Source: an uncultured delta proteobacterium
GTDB lineage: Bacteria; Desulfobacterota; Binatia; DP-6
NCBI GenBank assembly: GCA_963815115.1
Contig: CAWFFN010000007.1
Coordinates: forward strand, 1,056,001 to 1,120,000
Direction: 5' to 3'
DNA length: 64,000 nt
Position numbers and translations under genes: made by a program. Positions 41,274-49,980 of the stretch are shown here, piece by piece (positions within the stretch are counted from its first letter, which is position 1; each line of letters begins with the position of its first letter). The notes under the pieces are model-generated. The model was not told the origin of the DNA and ran no database searches. It worked only from the letters and a program-made list of their open reading frames with translations.

Positions 41274-41412
41274 GTCGATCGGTTCTCCTCTGTTCGGGTG
41301 ATGGCCGGACCGGCGCTCGACACGCCGGTCCTGGCCCCTGGACGAAGTGACGGGCCTGCGATTCCCGCCGACGGGGGACCGCGGATCACGACACCGGACC
41401 GGTGCGCGGCGG

Positions 41413-41604
41413 TCACGATGCCTCCTTGAGAAAGCTGGCGAGCTCCGAGCGCAGCCACCGCGGCCGCCCCGCCACCCGGCGCGGGCGTGGCAAGTCACCG
41501 CGGGCGACCATTCGATCGATGGTTGATCTCGAGAGCCGCCAGAGCCGGCACAAGTCGGCCGCGCTCAGCATCGCCAGGCTGTCGTCGTCGGGGTGCGTCG
41601 TCAT
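41413..41604 (-). CDS. alpA: AlpA-family regulator
   Basis: LSAADLCRLWRLSRSTIDRMVARGDLPRPRRVAGRPRWLRSEL. Confidence 0.88.
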   Translation of the reverse strand: MTTHPDDDSLAMLSAADLCRLWRLSRSTIDRMVARGDLPRPRRVAGRPRWLRSELASFLKEAS

Positions 41605-41645
41605 GGTGACGCCCGCATACACCCGCGACTCGCACCCACCGAAAA

Positions 41646-41685
41646 TGCGTGCTACGCAAACCCCCGCAGAATCCTCGATTCTGCG
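41646..41685. promoter_or_regulatory. Palindromes in the divergent promoter region between alpA and the zinc-finger gene
   Basis: TGCGT-GCT-ACGCA (41646-41658) and perfect CGCAGAATC-CTC-GATTCTGCG (41665-41685). Confidence 0.55.
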
Positions 41686-41699
41686 TTCGCACTCACAGC

Positions 41700-42572
41700 A
41701 TGCGACGAGACGAAGGCTACTGGAGCGCCGTGGCGCTGGTGGGGTTTGCCAACCTGCCCATCACCCGCGCCACGTGGCGCAGCCTCTGGGGCGCGTGGGG
41801 CTGGCCATCCTCGCCGCCGCTCCGGACGCCGGCGCGCCGGCGCTGGGACGCGCGGATGGTCGGGCTCGCGCGAACGGGACGCGTGGACGAACTGCAGCGG
41901 GCGTATCGAACCGAACTGAGGCGGTACGGCGATGAGGGCCGCCGCGCGTCCCTCGACCCGGCCGACTGGGTGCGGGGGCTGCCGGAAACCCCCGTCGATC
42001 TCGAGGGGCGGGTGGCGCTCATCGACCGCTCAGGCGACCTCTTCATCGACCCACCGACGACCCGGCGCGTCGGCGTCGTCCTGGCGGTGCACCAGGCGGC
42101 GGGGGACCGCCTCGCGACCATCATCGCCGGCAAGCCACAGGCACTCTACAGCCTCTGCACCGCGCTCATCCGCGTGCCGCTCGGCACGGGGCTGGCGGTG
42201 ATCCGCCATGTCGGCTCGGACGGCCTGCAGGCCGAACCACCAGCCGACGAGACAGAGTCGCTCGCCGCGTGGGTCGACGGCCTCTTCCTCCGTGCGGCCC
42301 GCGCAGGCTTCTGGCCACGGTTCTTCACCTGCGCGACCTGTGGGCGGTTCACCGTCGGGCGACTCCGGCGGGCACGCTTCTGCAGCAGCCGGTGCCGCGC
42401 CCGGGCGCACCGGAAACAGCATCCCAGGTCGCAGCCCGGGGCTGCGATCCGTGCCGCGGTCGAGACGCTCCGCCGGCAGGGGGTGCGCGCCGACACGGCG
42501 GTGGCACGGGTCGCGCGGCAGTTCGGTTTTCCCGAAGCCGCCGTCTGGCAACTGACAGCCCGGCACTCCTGA
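41700..42572 (+). CDS. Hypothetical protein with C-terminal CGNR-like zinc finger
   Basis: CATCGRF...RFCSSRCRARAHR; divergent from alpA. Confidence 0.65.
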   Translation: MRRDEGYWSAVALVGFANLPITRATWRSLWGAWGWPSSPPLRTPARRRWDARMVGLARTGRVDELQRAYRTELRRYGDEGRRASLDPADWVRGLPETPVDLEGRVALIDRSGDLFIDPPTTRRVGVVLAVHQAAGDRLATIIAGKPQALYSLCTALIRVPLGTGLAVIRHVGSDGLQAEPPADETESLAAWVDGLFLRAARAGFWPRFFTCATCGRFTVGRLRRARFCSSRCRARAHRKQHPRSQPGAAIRAAVETLRRQGVRADTAVARVARQFGFPEAAVWQLTARHS

Positions 42573-42624
42573 GTGGCCAGGAGTGCACATCTTAACTTAA
42601 CGTCGGGCGAGTGGCTCGCTTCCT

Positions 42625-43362
42625 CTACTCCCGGTCCATGTCGGAGAACTCTCGCAACTGGTCGGACAGAAACTCCTCCACCTCGTCGCCGGTGATGCAG
42701 GCGGAGTTGGCGGCACTGTTGAGGTGCCGCTGTGCCTCTCGCACGCCATCCCGCAGCTGCACGAAATCCACAACCCACCCTTGGCCGAGCGTTGGGTTGC
42801 CGTCCTTGAGACGCCCGTACCGGAACGCCTCGCCAGTCGGATCGACCTGGTGAAGCTTCGCGATGACGTCCCGCACGATGGGCGGCAGCGGTAACCCGTC
42901 GTACTTGAGCAGCTGCAGCCAGGGGACGACCCCGCGGTCGAGGAGCTTGAGCAAGTCATGGCTGCGCAGCAAGCCGGCGCTCTCCTTGCGAAGCTGCTCG
43001 GCTCGCTGGGTCAGCTTCTTGTCCAACTCGCGGGCTCGCTCCTTGAGACGGATCGCGTGCTGGACGTCACGGATCAGCTCCTTCAACTCCAGCTCGAGCC
43101 CATGTCGATACAAGAAACAAATCGGATACCACAGTGGCGGCGTCGGGAGGGGTCGCCTGCCGCTGGGGGTCTGGGTTGCCTGGATCACCTTGAGGACGTC
43201 CCCCGTCTGGAGGGCGGCTTCCGCCTGGACGACGTCTTCAACGAGTCGGTCCGCCGCGTCGAGGAAGCCCGTGCGATACGCGAGGTCGTCGTTCTGCGCG
43301 CTGAGTTCGACCGGGCACGTCGCTGTTGCACTGGTCGGGGTGGGCTTCTCGTCCTTGGGCAT
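42625..43362 (-). CDS. HEPN-like helical domain protein (candidate defence cargo)
   Basis: YRTGFLDAADRL...YPICFLYRHGLELELKEL...SHDLLKL...DPTGEAFRYG pattern. Confidence 0.6.
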   Translation of the reverse strand: MPKDEKPTPTSATATCPVELSAQNDDLAYRTGFLDAADRLVEDVVQAEAALQTGDVLKVIQATQTPSGRRPLPTPPLWYPICFLYRHGLELELKELIRDVQHAIRLKERARELDKKLTQRAEQLRKESAGLLRSHDLLKLLDRGVVPWLQLLKYDGLPLPPIVRDVIAKLHQVDPTGEAFRYGRLKDGNPTLGQGWVVDFVQLRDGVREAQRHLNSAANSACITGDEVEEFLSDQLREFSDMDRE

Positions 43363-43524
43363 CGAAGGGATCGCGCTACTGCACCGGCCCCGTCGCGCTC
43401 ACCAGATCGCCCGCCGCCTCCAGCTCGTCGAGGAGCTGCGCCGCCTCGGCCTCGGGCACGCCGAGCAGCTCGGCCACGAGGGCATCGGCACGATGTCCTC
43501 GGGAAGCCAAGCGAGGGCGGCTAG

Positions 43525-45176
43525 CCCGGATAATTCACGCCCGCCAGCGTGAAGAAGCCACCGGACCCCTCGAAGTGTGCTATTGACGCGGTTGTCGAGG
43601 CCAGCGTCGAGCACGCTGAGGAGGGGTGGCGGTGGCTGCAGAGTGTCATAGTCGATTCGGCTTCGCTTTCCAACGGAAGCTCACGGCTGCGTTCGACGGC
43701 GGCGAGATCACGACCGAGGCGGGGCTGCTCCTTGTTCGGGAGTTCGACGAGCGGTTGGGGCTGACGGCGGCCCTCCGCGACGCGGTGGCGGATGAGCGGG
43801 ACCGGCGCTACGTGACGCACGACGTCCTCACGCTCCTGCGCCAGCGCCTCTACCAAATCGTGGCCGGCTACGAGGACGCCAACGACGCCACGACCCTGCG
43901 GCACGATCCCGCGCTGCAGAGTGTCGTCCACCGGCTCGGGACGCCGCTCGCGTCGCAGCCGACGCTCTCGCGCCTCGAGAACGCGGTGGAGTGGGACACG
44001 ATCCGACGCCTGGGCACCGTCCTGCGCCAGTGGTTCACCCGGCACGGGGTCTCGCACCTCGAGCCGCCCGGGGAGGTGATCCTGGACCTCGACTCCACCG
44101 ACGACCCGACGCACGGGCAGCAGCAGCTCAGCTTCTTCAATGGCCACTACGACGAGCACATGTACCACCCGCTGCTCGTCTTCGCCGACGGCTATCTGCT
44201 CGGCGCGCGGTTGCGCCCCGGCGACGTCGGCGGTGCGACGCATGCCTGGCCGCTGCTCGAGCCGATCATCGCGCATCTGCGCGCGCAGCTGCCGACCACC
44301 GGGCTCGCCCTGCGGGCCGATGGCGGCTTCTGCAACCCCGACCTGCTCGATGCGGCGGAGCGGGCGGGGCTCACCTACGCGATCGGCATGGCCCCCAACC
44401 CCAGGCTGGACGCGGCCGTCGCGCTCCACCGCGTCCACGCCCACGTCACGTATGAACGCACCGGCCGCCCGGTGCGGTGGTTTACGAGCGTTCACTACCA
44501 GACGCGCAGCTGGGCACGGCCACGGCGCGTGCTCGCGATGATCGAGCACACCGCCCAGGGCCCGAACGTCCGCTACGTGGTCACCAACCGCCGCGGCCGG
44601 GCGGCCGAGATCTTTCACTGGTACCACCAGCGCGGGCAGGCCGAGAACTTCATCAAGGAACTCAAGCGCGATCTCGCCGCCGATCGACTGTCGTGCCACG
44701 CCTTCCGCGCCAACGCGTTTCGCCTCCTGCTGCACGCGCTCGCCTACGACCTGCTCCAGCTCTTCCGCCAGCGCGTGCTCGCCGGGACCGCGCTCGCGAG
44801 CGCGACGCTGGGCACGGTGCGCCTGCGGCTGCTCAAGCTCGGCGCGCGCGTCGTGCGCTCCGTCCGGCGCTGGTGGTTCCACTGCGCCTCCGGCTGGCCG
44901 GGGCAGCCCCTCTTCCTCGTCGTCCATCGCCGGCTCCGCATGCTGCGTGCGTCGCCCTGACGGCTTGGGCGCGCCGCACACCTCGGAGCTGCTCCTCGCC
45001 GCGGTATCCGACCCCGCTGCGCCGCGGTGTGGTTGCCGCCCGCCAGTGCACGCCGCTTGAGCCCGCCACGAGCCGCGTCGCCGCTCGCGAGGCCCGCGGT
45101 CACGGCACCCGAATCCGTCGCGGGCGATCAGCCCGTCATCCGCCCTGGGTGACTGGCACTTCATGAATGATCCGGG
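43525..45176 (+). mobile_element. IS1380-family insertion sequence, 1652 bp
   Basis: Terminal IRs CCCGGATAATTCAC / CCCGGATCATTCAT (reverse complement); CTAG 4-bp target duplication at 43521-43524 and 45177-45180. Confidence 0.93.
43626..44960 (+). CDS. IS1380-family DDE transposase
   Basis: FDGGEITTEAGLLL, GYEDANDA..LRHDP, ASQPTLSRLEN, LDLDSTDDPTHGQQ, LRADGGF, YHQRGQAENFIKELK. Confidence 0.95.
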   Translation: MAVAAECHSRFGFAFQRKLTAAFDGGEITTEAGLLLVREFDERLGLTAALRDAVADERDRRYVTHDVLTLLRQRLYQIVAGYEDANDATTLRHDPALQSVVHRLGTPLASQPTLSRLENAVEWDTIRRLGTVLRQWFTRHGVSHLEPPGEVILDLDSTDDPTHGQQQLSFFNGHYDEHMYHPLLVFADGYLLGARLRPGDVGGATHAWPLLEPIIAHLRAQLPTTGLALRADGGFCNPDLLDAAERAGLTYAIGMAPNPRLDAAVALHRVHAHVTYERTGRPVRWFTSVHYQTRSWARPRRVLAMIEHTAQGPNVRYVVTNRRGRAAEIFHWYHQRGQAENFIKELKRDLAADRLSCHAFRANAFRLLLHALAYDLLQLFRQRVLAGTALASATLGTVRLRLLKLGARVVRSVRRWWFHCASGWPGQPLFLVVHRRLRMLRASP

Positions 45177-45230
45177 CTAGGCCGGCGTCGTGCGCATGGG
45201 TGGGGTCGGCACGATGGACGTCCAACGCTG

Positions 45231-46070
45231 TCAGCTCTCCGTCGACCCGAAAGTCGAGAGTCCCGCCTCGGCTGCCAGCAGCTTCCACATATCTGGAGGG
45301 TTGAACATCATTGGGCGTGCGAAGTTCCCTTCAAGTGCGGTGAGAACCTTCATCCAAGTGGCCGTTGTAATCTCGCACATCTTCACCCTCCTTACGATTG
45401 CCTTCGATTCTGACGATGGGATGACGACCCCGAACCACGGTGGGTCGTCGAACGTAGCCGCGATAGCCGCCTGCCCACGCCAGCCATGAAAGCCGCAACG
45501 ACGCTCCGTTCCCGTCGCCCCATAAGACGCGCTGAAGAGCATCTGTCCGAAGAAGCAGAGACCACGCCTGGGATCAGACTGTGCTCTCAGACTCTCTACT
45601 TCACGCCGGAACAATTCGATGATGTCCTCCGCGCGCTCAACGTCCAGGATGCTATACCGGTGCTCAACGGCGTTCCTGTCGTCAATTGCCCTGGCCAAGA
45701 CGCGTTCCGCTAGCTCGTCGATAATCCGCCGTCTGACCAACACTTCGCTCTTCTGGTCTGATGTCGCCGGCGCGTCTCGGCAGAATGCGAAGCCATCTCG
45801 CCGAAGGTACCAGTCCACAAGAGAGCCCAGACCCCGCCGGGCATTCGTGACGGCGTTGACTGTGTGCCGGTGCTTCCTACCTGAATCGACCTCGCTGCGA
45901 GCTTGCTGAATCTCGGCGACGGCCCACTGCAAATACTGCCCGTCATCGATTTGTCCCGGGGAAGTCCAGGTAAGCCCCGTCGCCTCGTGCCCGCTGAGCG
46001 TGCCAACGGCACTCAATATGTCAGCGGGGTCGAGCGGTTCGAAGCTGCAAACGCCCTTGGTCACGTCCAT
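45231..46070 (-). CDS. Hypothetical protein with HEPN-type RxxxxH motif (candidate RNase/defence)
   Basis: NAVTNARRGL...RNAVEH (R-x4-H); visibly lower GC than flanks. Confidence 0.6.
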   Translation of the reverse strand: MDVTKGVCSFEPLDPADILSAVGTLSGHEATGLTWTSPGQIDDGQYLQWAVAEIQQARSEVDSGRKHRHTVNAVTNARRGLGSLVDWYLRRDGFAFCRDAPATSDQKSEVLVRRRIIDELAERVLARAIDDRNAVEHRYSILDVERAEDIIELFRREVESLRAQSDPRRGLCFFGQMLFSASYGATGTERRCGFHGWRGQAAIAATFDDPPWFGVVIPSSESKAIVRRVKMCEITTATWMKVLTALEGNFARPMMFNPPDMWKLLAAEAGLSTFGSTES

Positions 46071-46189
46071 CCCGGGTCACTCCTCACCTAGTCCGTTTGC
46101 TCTTCCTCCGGGCGCTCGGCGCTGCCAGCACGGGGGCGTGAAAACCGGGGGAGGCCGTCCTCAGCCGACGAGGCTATAGAGTTCTTGAG

Positions 46190-46450
46190 TCATCGCGGAC
46201 CGACTTGAACGTTGAGGCTGCGACTGTTGCCGTAGACGGCGGCCCGGCACCCTGCCGGATCGCCGCCCTGACGGATGCAGCTATCAACGTCCGCAGCCTG
46301 GCGTTCGCGAGCGCGAGCTTCGGCCTCGCGACGTGCGCAGTAGGGGCTGTTGTGAATGCCTGCGATGCGAGAGCCCTCGTCGCCGCAAGGGACCATGCAG
46401 CCCGCCAAGCCGACTACTGCGGTGAGGCACGCGCGCGACAACAGGCGCAC
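46190..46450 (-). CDS. Small putative lipoprotein
   Basis: Signal with lipobox VGLAGC; additional Cys residues; 86 aa. Confidence 0.5.
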   Translation of the reverse strand: MRLLSRACLTAVVGLAGCMVPCGDEGSRIAGIHNSPYCARREAEARARERQAADVDSCIRQGGDPAGCRAAVYGNSRSLNVQVGPR

Positions 46451-46624
46451 GCTTGATGGCTACCAATGTTCCCCTAGTTCTTCAAGGTGGGGCGCCGAGG
46501 CGACCCGCTCCCAACCCCGACGGCACCGCGTCCCTGTCACGCTCCCAGGACGTGCGGGCGCGGGGCCGCCGGGTTCACGTCACCGCCGCGGCCGCCCCCC
46601 GCCCGCCAGCCGCGCGCCCTCGTA

Positions 46625-46951
46625 TCAGTCGAAGGCTCCCGCGACCGTCAGGTCGGCCAGCTCGGTCAAGTGCACGCGGACGGCGTCCTCAAGGTCTCGA
46701 TGCACTTGCGCCCCATCGATCCCCCAGCCCGCGGCGAGGACCGCCGCAACCCGGGCTGGCCAATTTAACCAGGCATCGCGATAGCCCTGCGCGGCATTCC
46801 TCACGACGCGCGTGACGGTCGCGATCTCGGCCAACTCGCCGCGGCGACGGCGCACCTCGAGCTGCCGCAGATCAGCTAACGCCGTCTCCTTGCGGCGCCG
46901 GGCCGCCTCGAGGCTCTCGCCGGGAGCCTGTTTCCGCCCCGCCCCGCTCAC
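46625..46951 (-). CDS. Terminase small subunit (Nu1-like) C-terminal oligomerisation part
   Basis: ARRRKETALADLRQLEVRRRRGEL...RDAWLNWPARVAAVLAA...VRVHLTELAD; GTG start overlaps the upstream stop (GTGA). Confidence 0.7.
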   Translation of the reverse strand: MSGAGRKQAPGESLEAARRRKETALADLRQLEVRRRRGELAEIATVTRVVRNAAQGYRDAWLNWPARVAAVLAAGWGIDGAQVHRDLEDAVRVHLTELADLTVAGAFD

Positions 46952-47253
46952 TCGTCGTCGTCGGTGTTCCACTCCGCCCCCGCGGCATCGGCCCGGCGCA
47001 CGAACTCCCGCCAGATGTAGTCTGACACCTCGGTTTCTGGATCGAGCCACGGCCGAAACTCCCGCGCGCGGCCGGGCCGCTGGAGGGTGCCCAAGGTATT
47101 GCCGCGCCAGTCCTCCAGCACCCCCACCGCGTCCCACCGCCCATCCTCCTCCCGGGTGATCGTTCCGCGAGCCTCGGCCTTCGCAATCGCCTGGCGGGCC
47201 ACGCCCAGGATGGCGGCGAGCTGGCTGTCAGTGTCGACGAAGGCGCGGGACAT
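46948..47253 (-). CDS. Terminase small subunit-like N-terminal winged-HTH part
   Basis: SQLAAILGVARQAIAKAEARGTITREEDGRWD; first gene downstream of the cos-like site. Confidence 0.62.
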   Translation of the reverse strand: MSRAFVDTDSQLAAILGVARQAIAKAEARGTITREEDGRWDAVGVLEDWRGNTLGTLQRPGRAREFRPWLDPETEVSDYIWREFVRRADAAGAEWNTDDDE

Positions 47254-47386
47254 CGGGGTTACCGCTCATGCCGGTCGCTCCGGGTGCCGGACCCGGGGGG
47301 ACCCTGTGAGAAACCGCAGGCTTCGTTCGCCATGTCATCAGGAGGTGCAACCCCGATTTTGGGGGTGAAATCTAGGCCAACGCTGC

Positions 47387-47428
47387 CCCCCGACGCCCCG
47401 CTCCGCCTCCACTTCATTCCCAGGACCC
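47387..47428 (-). other. Lambda-like cos site (cosQ plus cosN)
   Basis: Minus strand GGGTCCT (47428-47422, identical to lambda cosQ), 23 nt, then GGGCGTCG, versus lambda GGGTCCT-N23-GGGCGGCG; directly upstream of the TerS-like genes. Confidence 0.65.
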
Positions 47429-47575
47429 GTGACCGCTAACTACGAATCCGCGGGGCATGGCGGGGCGTTGACCGCTGATCGGGTAGGTTACGGCCGCACG
47501 GTAGACTGCGAGTCAAACGCGCTTTCGACGAGGATTCGGTCAGGCAGGAGGGCAGGTGGGTGCCGCGTTGGTGCT

Positions 47576-48034
47576 CTACTGGAAGAACCCCTCGCAGTAG
47601 TAGGCGCCGAAGTAGATCCCGCGGTAGTCGACCACCGCGGCGTTCTCCCCGTGCACGGGCTCGTAGAGTGCCGTGTCGGGCTCCTTCTCGGAAGCCAGCA
47701 TCGCGAGTCCCACCGGGACGTTCACCAGGCCATCGGTGAACCGCATCACCCCAGCGGCGACGTTGAGTATCGTGCAGGAGGCGATGTACGCACCGAACAT
47801 GACGGGTGTCAAAAGGACCTTCTGCAGTGGCGGTTGCTTGCCATTGACGTAGAACTTCCGCACGAAGGTCGAGCTCGCGGTATACGGGGAGAGGGCAAGG
47901 TCGAGGGGCGTTCCGACGAGGTCCATCGCGCCTCGCGCGAGCGTGTCGGTTTCCGCCCACACCGGGCCGGTCCATGCCAGTGCCGTGGCCAGCAGCGCTG
48001 CGGTTGCGGTCCGTCGTGCCGGTCGCATCCCCAT
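47576..48034 (-). CDS. Hypothetical secreted/membrane protein
   Basis: Signal peptide, hydrophobic helices, C-terminal aromatic-rich tail. Confidence 0.6.
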   Translation of the reverse strand: MGMRPARRTATAALLATALAWTGPVWAETDTLARGAMDLVGTPLDLALSPYTASSTFVRKFYVNGKQPPLQKVLLTPVMFGAYIASCTILNVAAGVMRFTDGLVNVPVGLAMLASEKEPDTALYEPVHGENAAVVDYRGIYFGAYYCEGFFQ

Positions 48035-48385
48035 GGTGGCCCTTTTTTGGACGCCACTTCGAGTCGTGACGTCGGGTGCCCCTACGGCTTCGGCTGTTTA
48101 GTCGAGACGTGTGCGCCTCGTCAAGTAGGCGATTTACCGCTGCGCGCGCCTTCCGGCTCAGGGCGGCTCCGTGCGGTTCGATCGATGCGGACGCGATCGG
48201 TGCTCCGGTGCTCCCAGCGCCCATTGTGGTCGGTCAAGGCCAATAAGTGGCGGCCGGTGTCGCGACCTCGGCCTCCAGCGCCGCCAGGAGCATGCGGCGG
48301 GCACCCTCTCGCTCCTCCGCCCAGCGCGCCTCGATCGACGGAGCCAGTTCTGCCAGAAGGCCGGGCCGAACAGATCCATGCCGCG

Positions 48386-48922
48386 CTACCGCGCGACCTC
48401 CGGGGCGAACAATACGGCCGGGTCGCAATCCGCGCGCCGGTCTATCGCCTGGCCGCGGCGCTCCGCCTCGACGATCAGCGTCTCCTCCTGCAGCGCCAGG
48501 TCGCGCACCGTCTCCCGCAGGGCCTCGAGACGTGCAGGGCGGTCGGCCATAGGCACCGCCGCACGCGACAGCTCGGGATCGGCCGCGTAGATCGCGTGGA
48601 GGCGCGCCCGCAACGCCGTGAGGAGTGCGTCACGATGCACCCTGCACTCGTAGGCGGCGGCGCGCTGCGCATCGTACTGTGCATCCGGCAGAAGGAGTTG
48701 CACCGTCCCGAGATCCCCGCCGCCTGGGCGGGTAAAAGATGCGAGCACCCGATCGGGATCGTAGAGACTGGCCAGGCGATCGACGCCGGCGACCAGACCG
48801 GCCTCGGCTTCGTCCAGCGGCAAGGGCGCGCGGTCGAGTGCGGCAAGCTTCGCCTCTGTCGTGCGGATCAACTCGCGCAGTTGTTCGAGGCCCATCGTGC
48901 CGAAGCGGCTCTTCGATGCCAT
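48386..48922 (-). CDS. Hypothetical helical protein (satellite operon)
   Basis: AAAGGAG RBS; 178 aa, coiled-coil character. Confidence 0.65.
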   Translation of the reverse strand: MASKSRFGTMGLEQLRELIRTTEAKLAALDRAPLPLDEAEAGLVAGVDRLASLYDPDRVLASFTRPGGGDLGTVQLLLPDAQYDAQRAAAYECRVHRDALLTALRARLHAIYAADPELSRAAVPMADRPARLEALRETVRDLALQEETLIVEAERRGQAIDRRADCDPAVLFAPEVAR

Positions 48923-48933
48923 CGCGTCTCCTT

Positions 48934-49398
48934 TCAGACGCCCAGGTAGCGACGGGAGCGCTCGGCGATCTGGCCGAGACGGTTCGAGCGTTCCTGCGCC
49001 AGGTCACGCTCGCAGGTGAGTCGGGCGAGCTCGGCCGTCGTCTCCTCGAGGTCGCGCGCGAGGTCGTCGAGGTTGTCCCCAATCGCTGGCTGCCAAGTCT
49101 TGGCAGTCGGGCCTTTCGAGCGGTCGGGCACCCATTGCCCGGGGTGCAAGGTCGGATGCGTCGCGCGCAGCTCCTCGAGGCGCCGAGTGAGGCGCTGCTC
49201 CTCGTCACGCAGCGCCCGCGCCTGGTCGTTGAGGGTGCGGGCGCGCACGCGGGCGACCTCCGCGTCCGTCTCGAGGGCTTCCAGCTTCCGCCGCACCGCG
49301 GCCGGCAGGGCCTGGCGGGCGCGCCGAGCGCCGCCCGGGACCGTCACGGGCCCGAGCCGCGTCGCAGCGGCGGTCTCGCCGGCATTGGCGTCGGTCAT
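48934..49398 (-). CDS. Hypothetical coiled-coil protein
   Basis: AAAGGAG RBS; heptad-rich; operon context. Confidence 0.65.
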   Translation of the reverse strand: MTDANAGETAAATRLGPVTVPGGARRARQALPAAVRRKLEALETDAEVARVRARTLNDQARALRDEEQRLTRRLEELRATHPTLHPGQWVPDRSKGPTAKTWQPAIGDNLDDLARDLEETTAELARLTCERDLAQERSNRLGQIAERSRRYLGV

Positions 49399-49399
49399 G

Positions 49400-49702
49400 T
49401 CACTCTCCTTTCGGCGTCATCGTGGGAGCGTCCGCACGTCGTGCCGGGTGAGAAACTCCGCGCGCAGGGCCCGCCGCGAGGTCGCCTCTAACCACCGGCG
49501 GGCGCACCCACATCGCGGCGTCGCGCCAAGCGGCGTCCGGGATCCCCGCGCGCTCGAGGAGCGCGTCGAGCTCGTCGGGCTCGCGGGCCCCGTGCACGAG
49601 CAGGCCGCGCACGAAGCTCAAGATTTCGCCGGGACGGCCGAGCGGCGCGCTCCGGGCAGCGTGGGCGAGGCCGACCAGGTCGCGGACGCGCTCGGGGGTC
49701 AT
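49400..49702 (-). CDS. Hypothetical protein
   Basis: ATGA-coupled to the upstream HTH gene. Confidence 0.5.
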   Translation of the reverse strand: MTPERVRDLVGLAHAARSAPLGRPGEILSFVRGLLVHGAREPDELDALLERAGIPDAAWRDAAMWVRPPVVRGDLAAGPARGVSHPARRADAPTMTPKGE

Positions 49703-49905
49703 CCCGCCGCCCCTTTCGGGACCCGGCGGGTGTGCTCGAGCCAGGCTTCGACATCCGAGAGGCGCACGCGAGCCCAGCCGCCGGCATCGTAGATTTCGAG
49801 CTCACCGCGCTCCGCGGCCTGAAAGAGCAAGTGCCTGCCGACGCCGAAGAGCCGGGCGGCTTGCCGGACCGTGACCAGGCGCTCGACCGCCGGGGTGGCG
49901 TCCAT
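49699..49905 (-). CDS. Excisionase-family (HTH_17) DNA-binding protein
   Basis: LVTVRQAARLFGVGRHLLFQAAERGEL...RVRLSDVEAWL; candidate promoter TTGACG-N18-TAAGCT (49943-49914) just upstream. Confidence 0.8.
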   Translation of the reverse strand: MDATPAVERLVTVRQAARLFGVGRHLLFQAAERGELEIYDAGGWARVRLSDVEAWLEHTRRVPKGAAG

Positions 49906-49980
49906 CCAGCATCAGCTTAGCTAATATGCACCTGGAGCGTCAAGAAGTGGCGCGAATGGATGGACGATACGCGGATGCCC

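Noticed and set aside
48158-48428. Small ORFs between the coiled-coil operon and the 47576-48034 gene
   Set aside because: Competing frames, no clear RBS or motif.
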